DNA of 64,000 nt from Prorocentrum cordatum (taxonomy: Eukaryota): the NCBI GenBank assembly GCA_963575745.1, contig CAUYUJ010000237.1:496001-560000 (forward strand), written 5' to 3'. Shown here one piece after another: positions 58,742 through 64,000 of this stretch. Under the pieces are notes generated by a model, which saw only the letters and a list, made by a program, of their open reading frames with translations, was not told where the DNA came from and ran no database searches. Numbering within the stretch: position 1 is the stretch's first letter; each line of letters opens with the position of its first letter. The position numbers and the translations under genes are program-made.

Positions 58742-59617
58742 TCTACCACCTGAAGTACAGGGACACGGGGTGCCTCGATTGTCTGCGGGCGACAATACCA
58801 CCACTACCAGCATCCCTGGTCGCAGAACTGGACGCCAAGGATGCACTGGAGACGTCGCGGTTAAGATATATGGGATATTCAGAATCGAAGGCGATGGCCC
58901 CGCCAGTGAGAGGCCCCAACTACGTCCGAGGCAGGCATCAGCATCAGGATCAGGTTGAACCTCCAATAGTACACCTTCCTGCTGAACAGGTTCCTGCAGT
59001 TGCCCTTCCTCAGTATATCTTCGATGGATGTTCGGAATCAACAGTGCTGGTTTTTACCGATGGATTGGAGTCTTATTGTGAACTTGAGGCAGAGTTGGCA
59101 GCGCATGAACTTGATGGTCTTGAAATAGTTAGGCATGATATTCGAAAGTTCAAGATGGACGACCTGATCATGCGGGGCCAACATAGTGACCTGATTCGTG
59201 ATATCTCAATGGGCAGGATTTTTGCGATAATATGTGAGGTTGAGTCTATTACTTCAACAGGTATGGATTGGGGTTCTCCAGCAATCAATGGCAGGAGACG
59301 GTCCGAGCTGGACTTTGCAAATACGACACGAAGGTTTTTGACATTATTAATTATGGCTTGCAAGTTGTCTGGCACGCCTCTCAGTATCAAGTCCAGCTTC
59401 AATGAATGGTGTTGGCATGGAAGCGACTTCCAGCCAGGCCCTCCTCAGGTTCAGATCCAATGGCCTGGAGACGCGAGTGAGACGCTATCAATACGACTGG
59501 CTGACGCATGGGAGGGCAGAGATGATCAAGTGCGACGTGCTCGGCTTGGACGTCACGGCCTGCCACGCGGACGGCCTGCAGTCGGCCTTGGAGAAGGTGG
59601 TCCGACCGACCGTCTGA
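58555..59617 (+). CDS. Frameshifted C-terminal continuation of ORF2: two zinc fingers plus a degenerate DNA-methyltransferase-like domain
   Basis: The -1 frame opens after TAG at 58552-58554 and reads YICYECGDTFSSRRAWQGHRTRLH ... CRACDSDFHTRKRLIYHLKYRDTGC, running into track ORF 58870. The 3' end is uncertain: stop at 60165 in this frame, or 59617 after a second shift. Confidence 0.75.
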
Positions 59618-61180
59618 GTCGGACATCGGGCGTGGTCAGCCCCCCTCGGAGGAGCGGCGGGGCCCCCCCCATGGGCCCAATGCCTCCGAGGGGGGCTGCG
59701 ACGGTGTGCCAGCCCCCTGTCGCGCCCCTGGACCCCCCCCATGGGTCCACCCGCGCGGCAGGGGGCTGTTTGGCCGCGGCGGCGTCGTCGGCGCCGTCGG
59801 CCGCGGCCGGGCGCGGCCGCGCCAGTGCGGCCGCGACAAGACACTACGGGCAGCCTGCCCACGGAGCGCGAGCGCAGCAGCAGCAGGAGGAGGAGGAGGA
59901 GGTGGACATGATGGCAACGGCGACCACATCAGCACCGAACGCCGACCCAGCACCGACGATATGTGGCATGCTCGACTGCATCGTCATCCACAACAGCCAG
60001 GACCCGACTGCTGGATGTCAGAACGTCCAGGCGCGGTGCTCCTCGAGCCGCGACCTGGATACTCGTCGCCACAAGCCTCGAACTGCCTCGCTTCATCAAC
60101 CACGTCAGAACGCACGACCGACCACACCACACGTCGTCAGACAACGGAAAACGCCATGCCCGTAACAGGGGCACAAGAAGAGCAACGGGGGCAACCACCA
60201 CGCGATGGCGCCGTGTACGCACGCGAACGAGGCCAACCCCGAGGTGAACGCCCCCTCGAGGACGAGGGGGGGGAGATGCACATGCCCACCTAACAGAGCC
60301 CGCACGGGCGCTAGGACGGGTAGACTACCAGTCGCCCACAAGGGGCCTTCTCAGCGGCATCAGCCAGGCCTCGTTCGCGTCCTTCGATCTCGCCCTCTCC
60401 GATCGCCCAGGAGGCCCTCGTTTCTCGCTTTCCCCCTGGACGCGTTCGCCTGGTTCCGTTTTCCCTGGGCCCGCCTTCCTTCGCTTCGTAACTTAGAGGC
60501 TTCCTCTCCCTGGTGGCGGGTCCCTGGGCCAACATCGGTCGCTCGACTGGTTCGGCGTCGCGTCGCGCAGTAGCGCGCGGCGCGGCGCGGGCTGCGGCGG
60601 AACAGGACCGCCATGCCCGCAGTGTCGCAGGAGGAGGAGGAGGAGGAGGAGGAGGAGGAGGAGGAGGAGGAGGAGGAGGAGGAGGAGGAGGAGGAGGAGG
60701 AGGAGGAGAGGAGGGGGACAGGCCCGACCTAAAGCTCCGGCCCGGGGCTCAGGGCGCACCCCCCCCTCCCAGCAGTGTGGGGCCTGCGCGGCTGGCCCCC
60801 TCTGGAGCCGCGCACCACGGGCCGCTCCTGCCCCGGGGTCACTGAGGAGGAGGAGAAGGAGGAGGAGGAGGAGGAGGAGGAGGAGGAGGAGGAGGAGGAG
60901 GAGGAGGAGGAGGACTAGGAGGAGGAGGAGGAGGCGGAGGAGGAGGAGGAGGAGGAGGAGGAGGAGGAGGAGGAGGGGGGGGGAGGGGGAGGAGAAGCTC
61001 TTGCGTGTAGGCGAAGGTCGTGCTCCCCAGATTTCCGACGATCTGTTTTGGTTCACCCGGCGGCCAGCCTGGCGGCTCGGTGCAATCGAAGTGGGTACGG
61101 GGAGAGTGGGCTTGGCGGCGAAGTCCGAAGCATACACTCGCCGATCATCGATTCAGCCAGCTCGATGGGCGGCGGGGGTA

Positions 61181-61355
61181 CACGTTGTTCGCTTCAAAGT
61201 GTTCGAAAGTCCTTTGATTTTCTGGGGGGCCAAGATCCTTTCATTTCCAATTGTTCTATCCTGGGCCTCTTCCTGGCCACTAGGGGGCCAGGAGGCCAGG
61301 AACAATTAGAAACGAGCACACTTAGAAATGAGCACAAGTAGAAATTAACGACGTG
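61181..61355. mobile_element. Tc1/mariner-like MITE (family J), second copy, flanked by a 46-bp duplication
   Basis: Shares GATCCTTTC.TTTCCAATTGTTCTATCCTGGGC.TCTTCCTGGCCACTAGGGGGCCAGGA with 15580-15749. Ends CACGTTGTT...AACGACGTG. Confidence 0.8.
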
Positions 61356-63153
61356 CACACTCGCCAATCAACGATTCAGCCAGCTCGATGGGCGGTGGGG
61401 GTTGGGTTCGGAATTCTTCACGCTGTCGACATGTGCCACTGCTGTACAAACAAGAGTTACTGCCGTTTGCAGTCCTATCTGTGACGAGGTTGCCCCTCTA
61501 TTCCCTTGCGTTGACACGATGTTTCGACATTTGTGTTCGTCCACTTCACGGATGTCATCTGGGAGTGCTTGTCGGTCTCGTTCGTCTCTGACGTTGCCGT
61601 CTGACTGACTCACACCGAGTGGTCGACCTCTGCGTGATTTTGGTCGCGCCGCCGCGCCATTTTGGCTGCGTCTACTTGCTGGTGGCCACTGGGATTTTCG
61701 GACGCCACTGGGAATGGGTCTCTTTTCGCCCTTCTGAGCTGCCGCTCGTTTGCTGCGCCTGTCTTGCTTTTCCGCTTTTCCGCCCGCTGCCTAGTCGTGG
61801 CCCGGCTAGAGTTTGGACGCCTTTGGACCCGCTTCACGAGGCCGTTGGCCAAAACATACCCCGCCAGCCCGTCCAGAAGCCCTGTCCATGAAATCCGAAC
61901 CCTAGCCCCGCCTCCAATCAATTCGGGAGAATCGATGGTTGATGGGGGCAGGGTTCGTATGTCGCCACCGACTGGTGCGACGACCGGCAGCAGTTCCTGT
62001 CCATTTTGAGCAGGGTTCGCCGTCGGTGTCGCCACGGACGCTGTCCACTGACGGCAAGAAGCCGCCTGCGCAACAGCGGGCGTTGTGGATTTTGGACAGC
62101 ATTTGGCCGTTGGGCATCGTGCCCATTTTTCTGTGCCGATTATGGACGTGCCAAGCGGCGGCGCGCCCGGGCGCGCTCCCGAGATCTCTGGCGATGTGTG
62201 TTTTCAGTCGTCGGGTGTTCCTCGATGTGGGCCTCGGGGGCCCGTTGCCAGGCCCCTGCAGGACCATGACGCATGAACCCTGGGCGGAAAAAACTACCCC
62301 TGGGGAAGGGGTCAGGGCATTCTTTGGGCCGCGCATGGACAAACATATCATACCGTCGGATGTCTGGGAGCGCGCGCCGCGGCAACGCCTCTGGAGGGCG
62401 CCGTGGGGCGGCGGCTGGGGGTCCCGACGGTCCCATTCGGAGAGGGATTGGCCAGGCAGGTCCGGGGAGAGAAGAGATCGGCAAAGATGGGCCAAACGAT
62501 GGGCCGAGGGGGGGGGTCGAAGGAGTTACCGCAACGCAGAGCACAGCTGGTCCCGCCAGGGAGCCCCTTGGGCCCAGGGAGGAGGCGGAAGAGGGTGGGG
62601 GGAGTGGTGGGGCGGAGGCGGCTCAGAGGAGGAACGTCTACTGATATCGCTACCCGTCCCTCGTCGCCACAGCTGGTCAGGGGCAACGATAGGGCTGGAT
62701 AGGAAGAAGGGGGATGCATCGACCCCCAGTCGTCCATTTATCGCCCATAGGGGCCCGATAGCCCTACCCCGCCCAGGAACGGGGGGATTTGCGATCGGAG
62801 GCCTATTGTCGATCTATCGGCGATGTGTCACCGATTCTAGGTCGATATGTTTCCTCCCCAGGCCAGTCTTCCCATGTCGTTGCCCCTCAGCTGGACGCGC
62901 CTCGAAACCCTGGTCAGAGCGCACCGCTGGAGCCTGGTGCGCGCGCTTCTGGATTCTTGGGGCGGCGTCGCCCCGAGACAGGCGAGGGCGGCGACGGCCA
63001 CAAGGACGAGGCAGAAGACGGAAGGCGGAGGGGAGCAGAGAGCAGGAGTGGCAGCAGAAGGGTGGTGATGAGGACAAATAGGAACGAGATGATGATGATG
63101 ATGATCCTGATGATGATGAGGACGAGCAGGAACGCGACGATGATGACGACGCT

Positions 63154-63184
<31 letters not shown>

Positions 63185-63290
63185 CTGTTGATGGTGACGA
63201 TGATGATACAGATGATGGCGATGATGATGATGATGCTAATGATGCGGCTGATGATGATGCAGCTGATGATGATGATGATGATGATGATGC

Positions 63291-63327
<37 letters not shown>

Positions 63328-64000
63328 AATGATGATGATGGTGATGATGATGATGATGGTGACGATGTCGATGCTGATGCGGATGATGATGACGATGCTG
63401 ATGAGGATGATGATTCTGACGATGAGGATGACGATGCTGCTGCTGATGCTGCTGATGCTGATGCTGAACATGCTGATTGTGATGATGATGCTGATAGTGA
63501 TAATGATTGTGATGCTGATGCTGATGATGCTGATCAGGATGAGGATCATGATAGGTATGAGGTGATGCTTAGGACGATGACGCGGATGATGATGACGATA
63601 TTGATGTTGCTGCTGCTGATGATGATGATGATGATGTTGACGATGCTGGTGATGAGTCTAGTGATTGCGATGAAAACGACAATGCTGATACTGGTGCTGA
63701 TGATGCTGCTGCTGGTGACGATGGTGATGGTGATGGTATTGATGATGCTGATGCTGCTGTCGATGACTATGACTAGGATGAAGACGACGATGATGATGAC
63801 GACAATCATTCTGCTGAACTGGTTGCTGATTCTGGTGAAGATGATTGCGAAGTGTATGCTGCTGCTGCTGCTGCTCACGATGAGTATGCTTCTGCTGGTG
63901 ATGATGATGATGATTATGATGACGCTTATGATGATGCTGATGATGATGGTGATATTGATAATGATGATTATGATTATGATGGTCATGGGTGGTGATTCTG

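Larger units (their letters stand above)
51809..60345 (+). mobile_element. Non-LTR (LINE-like) retrotransposon, apparently full length, ~8.5 kb
   Basis: Direct repeat CCTTCTCAG at 51800-51808 and 60346-60354 (extends to 12/14: AGGACCCTTCTCAG/AGGGGCCTTCTCAG). Visibly lower GC than the flanks. Two long ORFs with RNase H, APE, RT and zinc-finger motifs. Confidence 0.9.

Noticed and set aside
58870..60165. Independent 431-aa gene
   Set aside because: The frame is open from 58555 and contains the LINE zinc fingers, so it is a continuation of ORF2. The part after ~59620 reads through hairpins and low-complexity sequence.
51508..60710. LINE inserted specifically into a (GGA)n microsatellite, with an SL-like AGGCATTTCGGCCGAG at 51541 as its 5' end
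   Set aside because: The TSD places both ends ~270-280 bp inside the GGA tracts, and the SL similarity is weak (about 11/17).

Overview
Eukaryotic, GC-rich, microsatellite-saturated DNA, almost certainly from a dinoflagellate: it carries a perfect 22-nt dinoflagellate spliced leader and a gene whose introns use GC/GA donors. Almost all ORFs in the supplied track are artefacts of simple repeats. Supported content: (1) an ~8.5-kb, apparently full-length non-LTR retrotransposon (51809-60345, 9-bp TSD) with a coiled-coil/polyQ ORF1 and an ORF2 in the unusual order RNase H - APE endonuclease - RT, continuing after a frameshift into zinc fingers and what looks like a catalytically dead cytosine-methyltransferase-like domain; (2) a WLM/Wss1-like HEXXH metalloprotease gene assembled by eye from 8-9 tiny exons over ~23-25 kb, with GC or GA donors on all eight core exons; (3) spliced-leader-headed retrocopies, one with a stack of up to three leaders; (4) a PPR-derived degenerate repeat; (5) many short MITE, solo-LTR-like and SINE-like families, several with checkable TSDs and some with unusually long flanking duplications. 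No rRNA, tRNA or CRISPR array was seen. All domain calls are by-eye motif recognition, not database searches, and coordinates were counted by hand.
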